Origin: a virus
Virus record (IMG/VR): IMGVR_UViG_3300029922_000031
Location: 1-64,000 of that record
DNA: 64,000 bases
Direction: 5' to 3' (one strand)
The notes beneath the pieces are model-generated. The model saw nothing but the letters and a program-made list of their open reading frames with translations. It was not told where the DNA came from and ran no database searches. A program made the position numbers and the translations under genes. Positions 17,211-27,539 of the stretch are shown piece after piece. Position 1 is the first letter of the stretch. Each line of letters begins with the position of its first letter.

Positions 17211-17306
17211 TCACCGTTTTGAAAAAGTGAACCGTGCAGCGGCGATCGCGATCGCCCCCAAGAGGGAGATGACCCCTGCTACCTGCCAGGCTGAAACGTC
17301 GTGCAT
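17211..17306 (-). CDS. 31-aa single-pass membrane peptide (not in ORF track)
   Basis: MHDVSAWQVAGVISLLGAIAIAAARFTFSKR; AGGGG RBS; first ORF after promoter 17345. Confidence 0.55.
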   Translation of the reverse strand: MHDVSAWQVAGVISLLGAIAIAAARFTFSKR

Positions 17307-17394
17307 GTCGTCGACCCCTGAAAATGTGAAGCTCTGCAATCGTTTATAGCGATTGCAGAGCGGGTTGCAACAGGCAGCATTGACTTATCTTAGG

Positions 17395-17673
17395 TCAACG
17401 CAACACTCGTGTCTGAAACAGGTCCGCGCGCTTCGGGAACTCCGTCTGATATTTTCGCGCGTAATAGGCCGTGAAATCATTGTTGATTTTGTAGGGCTCG
17501 GCGCCGGCGGTCACGACGCTCTGCTCCCATCGAATACGCTCGATGATCATCTTCGCCGCCGTGCGGCGTAGACCGGCCGCCCACACGCTGAACGCATATC
17601 GCTTGAACAGTTTCCAGATGGCGGGATTCGCCCGGTCGTAGTCGTCGAAGCGGGCTTTGATCGCGGTGCTCAT
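17395..17673 (-). CDS. Phage protein
   Basis: NPAIW..F...IERIRWE...YKINNDFTAYYAR pattern. Confidence 0.75.
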   Translation of the reverse strand: MSTAIKARFDDYDRANPAIWKLFKRYAFSVWAAGLRRTAAKMIIERIRWEQSVVTAGAEPYKINNDFTAYYARKYQTEFPKRADLFQTRVLR

Positions 17674-17675
17674 GT

Positions 17676-17993
17676 TCAGCGCCTCGCAATCGAGCGCGAG
17701 CGGGCAGGGGTGCTGCGCGAGCGACCGGGGTTCTTCCTCGGACCGCCCGGCGGCTTGGCGTCCGGCGCGTCGTTCTTCACCTGCCCGAGATCGACCTTGA
17801 GCGCCTTGACGAGGACAAGCTGCTGCTCGTCGACCGTGACGGGGTCGATCAAACCGCCGTCTTTCAGCTTGGTCGAATCGAGAACATACCGCTTGCAGCC
17901 GTTGATCCACTGGATGCGGCCGCTCGCGACGCCGATGAAGCCCGAGATCAGATCCTTGAGTTCGTCGCCGAGATTGAATTTGAAAATGCTCAC
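17676..17993 (-). CDS. Hypothetical protein
   Basis: AAGGAG + GTG; FNLGDELKDLISGFIGV. Confidence 0.7.
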   Translation of the reverse strand: MSIFKFNLGDELKDLISGFIGVASGRIQWINGCKRYVLDSTKLKDGGLIDPVTVDEQQLVLVKALKVDLGQVKNDAPDAKPPGGPRKNPGRSRSTPARSRSIARR

Positions 17994-18016
17994 TTTGCTC
18001 TCCTTTGGGTGGTCAG

Positions 18017-18613
18017 TCAGTGTTGATTGGCGCGCCGGGCCATGAGTTCGTCGAAGCGCTTGAGAAACCTCCACTTCGCTTGCCGAGGCGACCAGTTTCG
18101 CATGAAGATGTGCGGCGGAACCTCCTTTTCGTCGTGCATGGCGCCCTTGTTCTTGTTGGCTAGATTATCCCGCATCTCCATGTTGACCATGACCTCGTCG
18201 GCGTGCTTGACCGCCGGCGACCAGGGCCACCGAAGCTGGAAGCGCTCGGCGATCACCTTCTCGTTCTTCCGCTCCAGCTCCAGGTAGATCGGCATGAGCT
18301 CAGGCAGATATTTCATCGGCCGAATCCAGTCTTGGATGTAGGCTTCGGCGGCGTCGTGCATCAGCTTTTCGAGGGCGTCTTCCTCTTCGTCGACATAGGA
18401 GGCGCCCCAGGAATGCTCGGCGACCGAGTCAAAGTCGATGCAGGCGCCGGCATAGCGGCACTGCATACTCAGGTGGTGGGCGATGTCCTCGATTTTGACG
18501 TCCTCGACCCTCGGATCGCAGGGAAAGTAGAACTTGCCGCTGAACGTGTGCATGTGAAGACCGCGGCGGCCTTCGTGGCCCGGTAGGCCCGAGTAGGCGA
18601 ATTCAATGCCCAT
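18017..18613 (-). CDS. HD-domain phosphohydrolase (YfdR/YfbR-like deoxynucleotidase)
   Basis: EDIAHHLS..CRYAG...SVAEHS...LMHDAAEAY.QD...VKHAD. Confidence 0.85.
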   Translation of the reverse strand: MGIEFAYSGLPGHEGRRGLHMHTFSGKFYFPCDPRVEDVKIEDIAHHLSMQCRYAGACIDFDSVAEHSWGASYVDEEEDALEKLMHDAAEAYIQDWIRPMKYLPELMPIYLELERKNEKVIAERFQLRWPWSPAVKHADEVMVNMEMRDNLANKNKGAMHDEKEVPPHIFMRNWSPRQAKWRFLKRFDELMARRANQH

Positions 18614-18625
18614 TGGTCCGTTCTC

Positions 18626-19231
18626 CTAGTGGTGTCGCGCTTGAACGCGCAGCTTTTCCATACCCATGGTCGACTCGTTGATCGCCGCGAGCGCGTAGTC
18701 TAAACGCTCGCTCGCGCTTGTCGTGTGGATGTGAAAGACGTCGGTGTTGCCCAGCCGGGCAGAGGCGCCTCGAACGAGGAGCTGGTGCTCGAGCTGGTAG
18801 GCGAGATTGACGGGCGGCCGCTTGAGGTCGGCGTCGTAGCCGGGCAAGCGATCGACGATGATGATGCCCATAAAGGTGTTGGCGGCGGCGTTGATCGCCC
18901 GCTCGACGAACGCATCGACGCGAGCGCCTAGCTCAGCCGACGTGTTGTGCATCGTCACCTCGGCCAGCATGTAGCCGATGTAATCGAGCGGGGTCCGGTC
19001 GCTGATGAACGGCCGGGCGTGAGCCTGGCTGATCTCCCAGAACCGATTGAGCAGGTGGTCTTGGGCGAGGAAGCGGCTCTCCATGTCGAGAACGCCGACC
19101 CCGCTGATACCGATCTCGGCGAGGAGCTCGGACGTCTTGGTCTCGAAGAACGGGATGCCCGCAGCATCGGCGATCGCTTTCGCGAGCGTCGTCTTGCCCG
19201 AGTTATGGCAACCTGACAGCCCGAAGCTCAC
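18626..19231 (-). CDS. P-loop nucleotide kinase (AAA_28/NadR-like)
   Basis: GCHNSGKTT, ISDRTPLD. Confidence 0.75.
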   Translation of the reverse strand: MSFGLSGCHNSGKTTLAKAIADAAGIPFFETKTSELLAEIGISGVGVLDMESRFLAQDHLLNRFWEISQAHARPFISDRTPLDYIGYMLAEVTMHNTSAELGARVDAFVERAINAAANTFMGIIIVDRLPGYDADLKRPPVNLAYQLEHQLLVRGASARLGNTDVFHIHTTSASERLDYALAAINESTMGMEKLRVQARHH

Positions 19232-19794
19232 GAGCGGATGCCGCTTGAGCCGAAACCGCCGGCGCCGCGCACCGTGTCGTTGAGTTGGGTGACTTCCTGG
19301 AACGGCAGGCGGATGGCCGGGGTGATGACCATCTGGGCGATGCGATCGCCGCGATAAACGAAGAAGTCCTCTTTGCCGTGGTTGATCAGAATGACGCCAA
19401 CCTCGCCGCGGTAGTCCGCATCGATCGTGCCGGGCGCGTTCAGGACCGTGACGCCGTTCTTGAGCGCCAGGCCGGAGCGCGGCCGAATCTCGATCTGGAG
19501 GCCGGGCGGGATTTCGAAGGCGAGGCCGGTCTTGATCAGCTCGCGGCCGCCCGGCCGGATCAGCGTGACCGCCCAAGCGAAGTCGGCGTAGAGATCGGCG
19601 CCGGCGGCGAACTGCGTCTCATAGGTCGGCAGCTTCGCCTCGGGATGGAGCTTCTTGATCCGCAGGGGCGGGATCATCGCCTGCAAGTGCTGCTGTTGCG
19701 CCCGCATCTGCTGCTCGGCCTTGAGCTGGGCAGCGACGTCAGACGGGAGATCGTCAACGCCAAGCAGCTTGAAACCCTTTGGAAATCCGTTCAT
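19228..19794 (-). CDS. dut: Trimeric dUTPase
   Basis: AGADL, PRSGLA, GTIDADYRGE, RIAQ, RGAGGFGSSG. Confidence 0.95.
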   Translation of the reverse strand: MNGFPKGFKLLGVDDLPSDVAAQLKAEQQMRAQQQHLQAMIPPLRIKKLHPEAKLPTYETQFAAGADLYADFAWAVTLIRPGGRELIKTGLAFEIPPGLQIEIRPRSGLALKNGVTVLNAPGTIDADYRGEVGVILINHGKEDFFVYRGDRIAQMVITPAIRLPFQEVTQLNDTVRGAGGFGSSGIRS

Positions 19795-19855
19795 GTGTCC
19801 CTCGTCTAACAGTCAGCGTTGACTGACAACTATATAGCGCGAAAAGCACGGCGCG

Positions 19856-20071
19856 TTAGATCGTTTCGCTCTCCGTGGGCTCGCCCTTGTGACAGTCCCA
19901 GGTCGTCTCGGTGTTGACCATGACTTTGAAGGTCTTCCCGCAATGCGGGCATTCCTCCTCGTCATAGCTCGAATCGTAATAGAACGATTCGTCCGCGGTG
20001 ATCTGGCACTCGCAATAGGGGCACTGCGGGCCTTCGGAGGAGAATGTCTCCTTGTCGCTCAGGCGGGTCAT
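19856..20071 (-). CDS. Zn-ribbon protein
   Basis: CPYC...CPHC. Confidence 0.7.
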   Translation of the reverse strand: MTRLSDKETFSSEGPQCPYCECQITADESFYYDSSYDEEECPHCGKTFKVMVNTETTWDCHKGEPTESETI

Positions 20072-20418
20072 GCGACCTCCTCAGGAAGCAGCGATTTCAG
20101 GAACTTGATCTCCTTGCGCTCGGCGCGTTGGAAATTCTTCCGACCCTCGTCGGCCGAGCGGTAGCCATACCTATCGCACCAGTCGGTATGCGCCTTGGAA
20201 AGTTCCTCATACGGAGATCCAACGCAGCCCTCCTCGCCCGTCTTCAACTTGACGGGACAATTGCCGCACCGCAGCTTGTCGATGAATAAGCCGCAAAGAG
20301 CGCACTCATCCGAACCGAGACGTACATCGTAGGGCTCCGCAGCTCTGAGATTGGTCTTATGGTGAGCGATCGAGGCGAGGAGGGCGGCGATCGTGCGTTT
20401 GGCGAGCGGGCGGGCCAT
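20068..20418 (-). CDS. Cys-rich phage protein
   Basis: CALC...CGNCP...C..SPY. Confidence 0.7.
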   Translation of the reverse strand: MARPLAKRTIAALLASIAHHKTNLRAAEPYDVRLGSDECALCGLFIDKLRCGNCPVKLKTGEEGCVGSPYEELSKAHTDWCDRYGYRSADEGRKNFQRAERKEIKFLKSLLPEEVA

Positions 20419-20999
20419 CAGGCAGCCGCCTTCAGGCCGAGAGCCGTGTTGATGACGCTGATCTGAATCATCGGGACGCCCGCGCGCGGCTTCAGGTGCG
20501 AGTAGAACGCCTTGCCCTCGGGCCACATACCGGCGAGCGTGCGAAGCGTGACGGAGCGATCGAGAAGCGCCTGAATCTGAGCCTGCGCGACCTTGCGCTC
20601 CGATTTGAGCACTTCCTGCGCCGCCGTGAGATCGCGATAACGATCGACGAGCCGCCTGCCGTCGATGATGCCGATGCAGGTCTGTTCGGCGTCGCTCTTG
20701 ACGTGCAGGGCGATGTCGGTGAGCTGGAGCGAGACGACTTGCCCGCCAATCTGAACGATCAGGCGCCTGCACCAGTCGCGCCTGGCGCCCTTGCCGACGA
20801 TCGTGAGCCAACCCTTCGGGATGGCTGCGAGCTGATCGCGGAGCGTCTTCGAATAGATGGTGTCGTAGCAGGCGACTGCCAGTGCGTCCTCGCGTGTCGC
20901 GAGATCCTTTGTGCGCTTAGCGAAGCCGAACTCCATCGCCTTCTGCAAGATGCCCGCTTTGTCATCCTTGTTCAGACGCAGATTGGCTAATTCACTCAT
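20418..20999 (-). CDS. Nmad5-like protein
   Basis: RLNK..K..IL N-terminus and T..TL...WPE C-terminal motif. Confidence 0.6.
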   Translation of the reverse strand: MSELANLRLNKDDKAGILQKAMEFGFAKRTKDLATREDALAVACYDTIYSKTLRDQLAAIPKGWLTIVGKGARRDWCRRLIVQIGGQVVSLQLTDIALHVKSDAEQTCIGIIDGRRLVDRYRDLTAAQEVLKSERKVAQAQIQALLDRSVTLRTLAGMWPEGKAFYSHLKPRAGVPMIQISVINTALGLKAAA

Positions 21000-21053
21000 G
21001 TCGCTGTCTCCTTCGCTAAGTCATTGCTGACTGTCAGCGATAGATATAGCAGC

Positions 21054-21695
21054 TTACGAGAGGGTCGCGACTGGCAACGAAGCGGGTTTCGAGAGCGGGC
21101 GGTATTGCGGATAACCCGAAAAACCCTGATACCACACTACCCATTGTACTTCCATCGTCGGCCGACCGAGACATAGGAAGTCCGGGCGCCACAGCAGCGG
21201 GTAAATTCGCGCCGGCCGGAACTCGTCAAATAGAGCCTTGCGGACCTTGGCATGGAAATAGGTCGATTTGAGCACCAGCGCGATCTTGCGCTGGTTGAGA
21301 GTCATCAGGTGGCGGATGATGTCCGCTGCGTCGCGGCCGTCGCCGAGCTGGAAAGGCGGGTTCGAAATCGTGCTGTGCGAAACCTGGCGCTTGACCGAGA
21401 ACAGATCGCGCTTCACGCCGTAGCCGCGCGGGTTGATGTCGGATGCGACCACCTTATAGCCCGCGGCTTCAATTAGCCGGCCCATGGCGCCATCGCCGCA
21501 GCAGGGCTCCCAGATCACGCCCTCGAATTTCTCGACCTCCAGTAGCGCCTGTGTGACTTCTGAGGGCGTGGCGTACCAGTCATCCGCTTGGCGACCCTTC
21601 TTCGGGTTGCCGCCGGCCATCATCGAGCCGAGTCCGACCTTCGGCGGGACGATGCCCGCCGGAGGGTCGGAGTAGTCGACGACGGCGTCGCTCAT
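21054..21695 (-). CDS. Amino-DNA methyltransferase (N6-adenine/N4-cytosine type)
   Basis: DDWYATP, WEPCCGDG, SNPPF. Confidence 0.8.
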   Translation of the reverse strand: MSDAVVDYSDPPAGIVPPKVGLGSMMAGGNPKKGRQADDWYATPSEVTQALLEVEKFEGVIWEPCCGDGAMGRLIEAAGYKVVASDINPRGYGVKRDLFSVKRQVSHSTISNPPFQLGDGRDAADIIRHLMTLNQRKIALVLKSTYFHAKVRKALFDEFRPARIYPLLWRPDFLCLGRPTMEVQWVVWYQGFSGYPQYRPLSKPASLPVATLS

Positions 21696-24004
21696 GCGGT
21701 GGCCTCCATGACTTCGCGGATGCTCTGCGCGGCAAAATCGACGGGGCAACCACCCGCGCCGCAGTCGACATGCTCGAAGCCGACGTCCTCGGTGACTGCC
21801 CCCTTGATTGCCGTCCGGATCATTTCATACTGAGCCTTGTTCACAGGCTCTTCCGGCTGGTATTCGTAGGCGGAGGCGTCGCCCTGCGGCATGACGGAGC
21901 AGCATTTGACGCTGAACTGGCCCTCGATCAGCGTGTCGAGGAAGCGGTCGAACGTCAGTTCCTCGGGCTTGTATTTGAGGGTGTAGGAGACCTGGTTGCC
22001 GGTGTCCTCGGTCAGCGGCGTGACGCCGTCCTCTTGAACGCCCCGGATCCAGTATTTCTCCATCAGTCGAAGAAACTGGTATTGCTCCTCCGGCGTCGCT
22101 TCGGCCGCAGTCGTCACCCAATCGCCACCGTCGAGATCGCAGATGATCGGGCGGGTCGGGAAGCCGACGATCGTCGTGCCCTCATAGGTCTTGAGGTGCT
22201 TGATCGGGTAGCCCTTCGCCTGATATTCCGCGACCAACGGATCGTCGTGGCGGAACTGCACCCAACGCAGATATTCCCGCATTGAAGGCAGATGCGCGCC
22301 TTCGGTTAATCCGAAAAGCTTCGAAGTTGTTCCAGCCGGCTTCATTGTCGTGTTGGTGTGGGGAACGGTCACGCCGAGCTGGCCGGAATACCAGGTCGCC
22401 TCGTCGCAGACGGCCCGCTTGAAGCGCGAGAGCATCTGCCACATCTCCTTCGACTTTTCCTCATCGATGATGTCCTTCCAGGCGAATTTGAAGCGGTTGT
22501 AGGCCCACTCGTGGAAGCCGGTCATGCCGACGCCGATGCGGTTGGTCCGCTTGACCTCGCTCTTGTAGATCGAGGTCATCGTGTTGACGCGGATCAGCGC
22601 CCGCGTCGCGGTTCGGAAGGCGTCCTCGGCGTCGTCGTCGTTGGCCGCGAAGAAGGGGACTACGTCGGCAATGACGCAGTAGCCGCCAAACAGCAGGAGC
22701 GCGATCTCGCCGCACGGATTGGTGATCATATTGTAGCGGATGCTGAAGTTCATCCGCCAAAGTGTCTTCATGAGATCGACGCCGCCCTCCGAGAGTTGAA
22801 GCTTCTCGTTGCCGGGAACCTCGTAGCCGTCGTTCTCGCCCATGCCTTTGTCGTTGCGACGCAGCTTGTCCTGATTGATTAGGCCAGGCTCGCCGGTGCC
22901 GTCATTGTAGGCGGCTTCGGCCAAAGCAACGAGCACCTCGTAGGCATGCCAGTCGAGCTTTGAGAAGTCGCCAGCCTTGATCATGCGATTGATCGCGGTC
23001 TTGGTGAACTTGCGATTGACGAACTTCACCTTGAGCGTTTCCCGGACCTTCTTCACGCCGGAGCGGAAGTCCTCATCGATCGTGACCGAGTTGTTCGAGC
23101 TCCACAGAAAGCCGCCGCGCTTCAACTCGATGAAGTCGAATATGGTCGCGTCGCGCCAGGATTTCGTCGACATACGGGCGGCGCGACGGGCGCCGCCGAC
23201 CAGCACGCATTCGGCCGCATAGTGATCGGCGTAGATCGCCGCCCGCCACGGGGCCATTCCAGCGTCGCGAAGCTTGGCGATCGAGGCGATCGCGCTCATG
23301 AGCGGGCCGGGGCCGGACGCCGGCCGGTTCTGCATTCCCTTGATGGGCGCGTTGCGCGGCCGCACCTTCGAGAAGTCGATGATAAGGACGGAATCGCGCA
23401 GTCGCTTAAAGGCCATCACCTCGATCTTTTCGACGGCCTGCGCCCAGCCCTCGCGACTGTCAGGGACGACGAACCGGACAATGTCGCGGCCTTCGTAGAG
23501 GTGCTCGGCGTCCTTAGGCGTCAGGAAGCCCTTGACCTCGCCGCTCTCGACGTCCTTGTGTCCCCAATCGATGACCGGGACGACGATTGGCATGTGATTG
23601 AAGTCTGCGACGATCAGTTCGTCGTCATAGGCGCGGCCGACACCGGAGCCGTTGAGCAGGAGATAGAACAGAAGGAACGTTGTCGCGGCGGTCGAACAGT
23701 TCGAAAAGACCTCGAGATTGCGGCTCGGCTGAGTGTCGTCGCCATGCTGAAGATGGCGGCCGGACATGAGCAGCGACGCCTGGCGCAGGTGATGCTGCAT
23801 CGACGTGAACTCGGCGAAGTAGGCTTCGGCGCCGCCGAACGGCAATTGGAGAAGGGCGTTGCCGTGCGAGACGCGATCGGCGACGTCTTGCCAGGTCTCG
23901 ACGCGGGTCTTACCCGCTTTGGTGATCTTTCGATTGATCGTGCGGTCTGCAACAGCGCTGCCAAGGCCGGGGAAATAGCTACGCGCAGGCGTCAATTCGC
24001 CCAT
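21692..24004 (-). CDS. nrdJ: Class II (AdoCbl-dependent) ribonucleotide reductase, monomeric type
   Basis: FSNC, VPDSREGW, GGARRAA, TNPCGEI, KPAGTTS, C-terminal CGAGGCP; no beta-subunit gene nearby. Confidence 0.88.
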   Translation of the reverse strand: MGELTPARSYFPGLGSAVADRTINRKITKAGKTRVETWQDVADRVSHGNALLQLPFGGAEAYFAEFTSMQHHLRQASLLMSGRHLQHGDDTQPSRNLEVFSNCSTAATTFLLFYLLLNGSGVGRAYDDELIVADFNHMPIVVPVIDWGHKDVESGEVKGFLTPKDAEHLYEGRDIVRFVVPDSREGWAQAVEKIEVMAFKRLRDSVLIIDFSKVRPRNAPIKGMQNRPASGPGPLMSAIASIAKLRDAGMAPWRAAIYADHYAAECVLVGGARRAARMSTKSWRDATIFDFIELKRGGFLWSSNNSVTIDEDFRSGVKKVRETLKVKFVNRKFTKTAINRMIKAGDFSKLDWHAYEVLVALAEAAYNDGTGEPGLINQDKLRRNDKGMGENDGYEVPGNEKLQLSEGGVDLMKTLWRMNFSIRYNMITNPCGEIALLLFGGYCVIADVVPFFAANDDDAEDAFRTATRALIRVNTMTSIYKSEVKRTNRIGVGMTGFHEWAYNRFKFAWKDIIDEEKSKEMWQMLSRFKRAVCDEATWYSGQLGVTVPHTNTTMKPAGTTSKLFGLTEGAHLPSMREYLRWVQFRHDDPLVAEYQAKGYPIKHLKTYEGTTIVGFPTRPIICDLDGGDWVTTAAEATPEEQYQFLRLMEKYWIRGVQEDGVTPLTEDTGNQVSYTLKYKPEELTFDRFLDTLIEGQFSVKCCSVMPQGDASAYEYQPEEPVNKAQYEMIRTAIKGAVTEDVGFEHVDCGAGGCPVDFAAQSIREVMEATA

Positions 24005-24092
24005 AATCAGGTGCTCCAAAAGGTTGGGAGATGCGGAAACGAAAGAGTAAATCAAAACTGATTGAAGAAACAGCCTTGAAGAAAATCGATGT

Positions 24093-24659
24093 TTATGCCG
24101 CGCGCGTTCTCCGCATCGCCATCAGTTGAAGGAACTGATCTGTCGCGATCCCAGCGTGCGCAATTGCCACAGCGTCAGCCAGATGCTCGTTCGAATTGAG
24201 GACCTGTTTCTTGCCGCCCTTCGCGCGCAACCACGGCGCATCGGGGAACTTTTCGGTCGCCCAGATGATCATTTCCTCCTTCGAAGCGGTCTTTGTGCCG
24301 ACAGTGGCCATTTTTGTCTCGAATGGCTGCACCTGAATGAGCGGCTTAGGGCAAGAGGCCAGCAGCCCGATGGAAATGCCGAAAGAGAGGGCGGCGCGCG
24401 CACTCTGGGCGCCGCTCGGGATTTCGGCGAACGCCAGCGAGCAATCGCCGACGAAGGCGTGAAAAAGCTTGATGATCTCGCGCGAGCGCCGCAGATCGTC
24501 GGAGTTCTGCCGCACCGACTTGTTGACCATGCGCTCTGTATCGATCAGCTCCAGATCGAGGACGCCGAGCGTCATGGTGTCGAGATCGAGTTCCAATTTC
24601 GCCATGCCAAAATGACGAAGCGATGGGTCTAAGGCCGCGACCCTCATAATGCTGGACAT
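24093..24659 (-). CDS. RuvC-like Holliday junction resolvase
   Basis: ALDPSLRHFG, FAEIP, EHLADAVAI. Confidence 0.8.
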   Translation of the reverse strand: MSSIMRVAALDPSLRHFGMAKLELDLDTMTLGVLDLELIDTERMVNKSVRQNSDDLRRSREIIKLFHAFVGDCSLAFAEIPSGAQSARAALSFGISIGLLASCPKPLIQVQPFETKMATVGTKTASKEEMIIWATEKFPDAPWLRAKGGKKQVLNSNEHLADAVAIAHAGIATDQFLQLMAMRRTRAA

Positions 24660-24723
24660 GATTTTCCTAAAAGTGACAAGGATGGAAGTTTGCGTCGAAA
24701 TTCCCCGGCGCCAGGTTTGGGTT

Positions 24724-25311
24724 TTAGAAAGCGCCCCAGTTAGGGTTGCCGCCGTAGACCTTCTCTTTTTCTTCGGCCGCGGCCATGTCGGTCTGCTTCT
24801 TCGCCTTGGTGATGGCCTTCGCGTGCTGCCAGACGAATGCGCCCATAACATTCTTGAGGCGCTCGCCGGGCATATCCAAACCCGTTATGGCGGCGAGCTC
24901 GGGGTTGCCGAGACTGATCTCGGCGCAGAGCGACTGCTCGATGGACGGGAACGCCACGCAGAGCGAACTCTCGTCGAACTCCACCTGCTTGAACGGCTGA
25001 GCGTCGACCGGCCTGAAACTGAAAATGTAGCGTTTGTCGCGGGCGCCTTTGCGGACATTCTTGAAGGTGTATTCGCCCGAAGGGACCGACGCGGTCTTGT
25101 AGGTGCCATTCTCCATCAGAATGGGCTGCTTCAACGGCATGTCGAGGGTGTAGACGACCTCGGGCGACATTCCCGCGTTGATGATATTGACCAATTTGTC
25201 GCGAGCGTGATCGAACGGTGTCTGCTCGGTCACGACGCCGTCAGCGTTCTCGGTGGCGATAGGCTCGCCGCTATCCCACCCCTTCTTCGGAATTCTCTTT
25301 CTTCGTGCCAT
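24724..25311 (-). CDS. Hypothetical protein ending NPNWGAF
   Basis: 195-aa ORF after promoter/operator 25327-25365. Confidence 0.75.
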   Translation of the reverse strand: MARRKRIPKKGWDSGEPIATENADGVVTEQTPFDHARDKLVNIINAGMSPEVVYTLDMPLKQPILMENGTYKTASVPSGEYTFKNVRKGARDKRYIFSFRPVDAQPFKQVEFDESSLCVAFPSIEQSLCAEISLGNPELAAITGLDMPGERLKNVMGAFVWQHAKAITKAKKQTDMAAAEEKEKVYGGNPNWGAF

Positions 25312-25355
25312 TGTCGCCTCTGTCGAAAGTCAGTGTTGATCTATCTATAGCGCGA

Positions 25356-25547
25356 TTATGCGCGGTTTGCACTAGGCGGTGTGATCTTCTCTTCCGGCAC
25401 CTTTTCCCAGCCAAACTCATGCATGTTCCAGAACCACTCGCGAGCCTCTTCTTCGATCTCCTCGTCGGTGGCGTCGTCTTCGACCTCGATCACGTCGTGG
25501 CGATCACCACCCACCATCCCATTGCCGCACCAGACTGCGATTTTCAT
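25356..25547 (-). CDS. Small acidic phage protein
   Basis: DVIEVEDDATDEEIEEEAREW. Confidence 0.7.
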   Translation of the reverse strand: MKIAVWCGNGMVGGDRHDVIEVEDDATDEEIEEEAREWFWNMHEFGWEKVPEEKITPPSANRA

Positions 25548-25604
25548 GTCGTAATCCTTCCTGAGTAAATCTCGCGCTTCAACTGGCGAAGAAGCTGGCG
25601 CGCC

Positions 25605-27539
25605 TCACGCTACGCTCGCTTCGATGCGGGATACTTCACCCTCTTTAATTACCGTGATTACATTGGAAATCCAATCACGCAAGGGCGTGTGGCTGATCAC
25701 GAACACGGTGCCGCGCTCTTTGGCCTTCTCCTCCAGAATCGCCATCAGTCGCTCGATGCCGGCCGAGTCGAGGGCGTTGTCGATTTCGTCGCCGATGAAG
25801 AGGTTGATCTGCTTCGTGGCGCGGCTCGAGACCAGGTCTTGCAGCGCCAGCGCCGCGGCGATCATCACCTTGCGCTTCTCGCCGCCCGATAGGAGTCCGA
25901 ACGAGCTGCCACCCTTCGAGTTGTCGACCTCGATGGCGAATTTCTCCCGAAGTTCGCCCTTGGAATTCCGGACCAGCGTGGTCCATGTCCCGCGGATGTT
26001 GCCGTCGGACAGAGTGCCGAGGTACTTCGCCGTCTGATCGTTCAGATAGGGCGTCACCTCATCGAGGATCTGGCCGCGGACGCCGGCGGGTGAGAACACT
26101 TTGGCCGCGTTTTCGGCGATCGTCAGGTGGGTCGTGTGGGCAGCGATCGTCTCGTTCACCAGGTCGAGACTCTTAAGCTTGTCTTCGATCTCCTTGGAGA
26201 GCTTGTCGATGCGTCCGACATGCGGGTTAACCTCCGCCCCAAGATCCTTGACCGCCTTGTCGGCGAGCCGAATCTCTCGGAGAATGCGCGCGAGAACCTC
26301 AGTCTGAGCGAGAATGGCGTTGCGCTCGTCGTTTAGAAGCTTGCTGAGCGCGATCGACGACGTCGTGTCTGTCATCGACGCTCGAAACGCTTCCAAGCTC
26401 TCAGTGAGCGTCTTACGCGCTGCTAGCGCTGTAACAGCTTCGTCTCTGATGCTCGAAAATTCAGTCGCGATCACTCTGAGCTTGGATTCGTAGGTGCTCT
26501 TGAGCGGTACGAGTTCGAGAGCGGTCAATGGGCGGCCGCACTCGTCGCAGGGGCAGCCGATCTTGTGGTCGACGCCGGCGATCGCCGTCTTGGCCCGGTC
26601 GTGCTGCTCCTTGAGCGCCTTGAGCTTGGCGTTCTTCACATCGAGGCTGCTGGTCAGCCGCCCGAGAGAGCTTTCAAGCTTGCGCTCCTCGGCCTGCTCG
26701 CCGCCGACCGCAGCGAGCGCGACCTCGAGACCCTTGATCTTCGACTCGATCGTCGGCAGGTCCGCGGAGTTGATTGCCTTGCGTAGACGCTCGGCCTCCT
26801 CTTCCTTGGTCGCGACCAAGGCGCGCGCCGCGACAAGTTTGTTGGCTTGATTGAGCGTCCAGGTGTCACGATCGGCCACAAGATCGGCCAAAAGGCCCTC
26901 GGACTGGCCGATTTGCTCATTGAGACTTTGCTTTCGGCGCACGCTTTCGTCGGCCAGATTTTTTGCTGCGCCAAGCCGCGCGCGCGCCTCCGCATAGGCG
27001 GCCTCGAGGATGGTGACGCCGGCGGCTTCTTCGACCAGCGCCTTAAGGTTGCGGTCGGTCATGCCGGGCAGATCGGGCATGGTGTCCTGGCCAGCGTAGA
27101 TCGAGGCTCGGAACACCTCGTAGGAGCAGCCAAGAATCTTCTCGATTTCGACCTGCGTCAGCTTGTCGGTGCCCTTGCTGAGATCGACACCGGGAGCGGT
27201 ATTTGATCTCCACAGTTGGACGGCGTTCTTGCCCTTCGAATGCTTTCGGAAGCGATTGATCATGTATTTATCTCCGTCATCCTCAAGAATGACTGAGACC
27301 ATGCATTCTTTGCCCGCCTTCTGATTGACGATCGTATCGCCGCTCTCGCCGCGCGCGGTCGTTCCAAACAGCGCCCAGCACAGGGCGTCGGCGATCGACG
27401 ACTTGCCAGCGCCATTGGAGTTGGCGCTGGTGTCATCGCGGTTTTCTCCCTCGACGAGCACCAGGCCGCGGTCGGCAAGGCTGATCTCGGCCTCGCCAAT
27501 TGCCATGAAGTTCTGAATAGCCAGATTGAGAATCTTCAC
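25605..27539 (-). CDS. SbcC/Rad50-like SMC ATPase
   Basis: NGAGKSS, coiled coil with CDEC hook, LSGGEK, IGDE. Confidence 0.92.
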   Translation of the reverse strand: MKILNLAIQNFMAIGEAEISLADRGLVLVEGENRDDTSANSNGAGKSSIADALCWALFGTTARGESGDTIVNQKAGKECMVSVILEDDGDKYMINRFRKHSKGKNAVQLWRSNTAPGVDLSKGTDKLTQVEIEKILGCSYEVFRASIYAGQDTMPDLPGMTDRNLKALVEEAAGVTILEAAYAEARARLGAAKNLADESVRRKQSLNEQIGQSEGLLADLVADRDTWTLNQANKLVAARALVATKEEEAERLRKAINSADLPTIESKIKGLEVALAAVGGEQAEERKLESSLGRLTSSLDVKNAKLKALKEQHDRAKTAIAGVDHKIGCPCDECGRPLTALELVPLKSTYESKLRVIATEFSSIRDEAVTALAARKTLTESLEAFRASMTDTTSSIALSKLLNDERNAILAQTEVLARILREIRLADKAVKDLGAEVNPHVGRIDKLSKEIEDKLKSLDLVNETIAAHTTHLTIAENAAKVFSPAGVRGQILDEVTPYLNDQTAKYLGTLSDGNIRGTWTTLVRNSKGELREKFAIEVDNSKGGSSFGLLSGGEKRKVMIAAALALQDLVSSRATKQINLFIGDEIDNALDSAGIERLMAILEEKAKERGTVFVISHTPLRDWISNVITVIKEGEVSRIEASVA

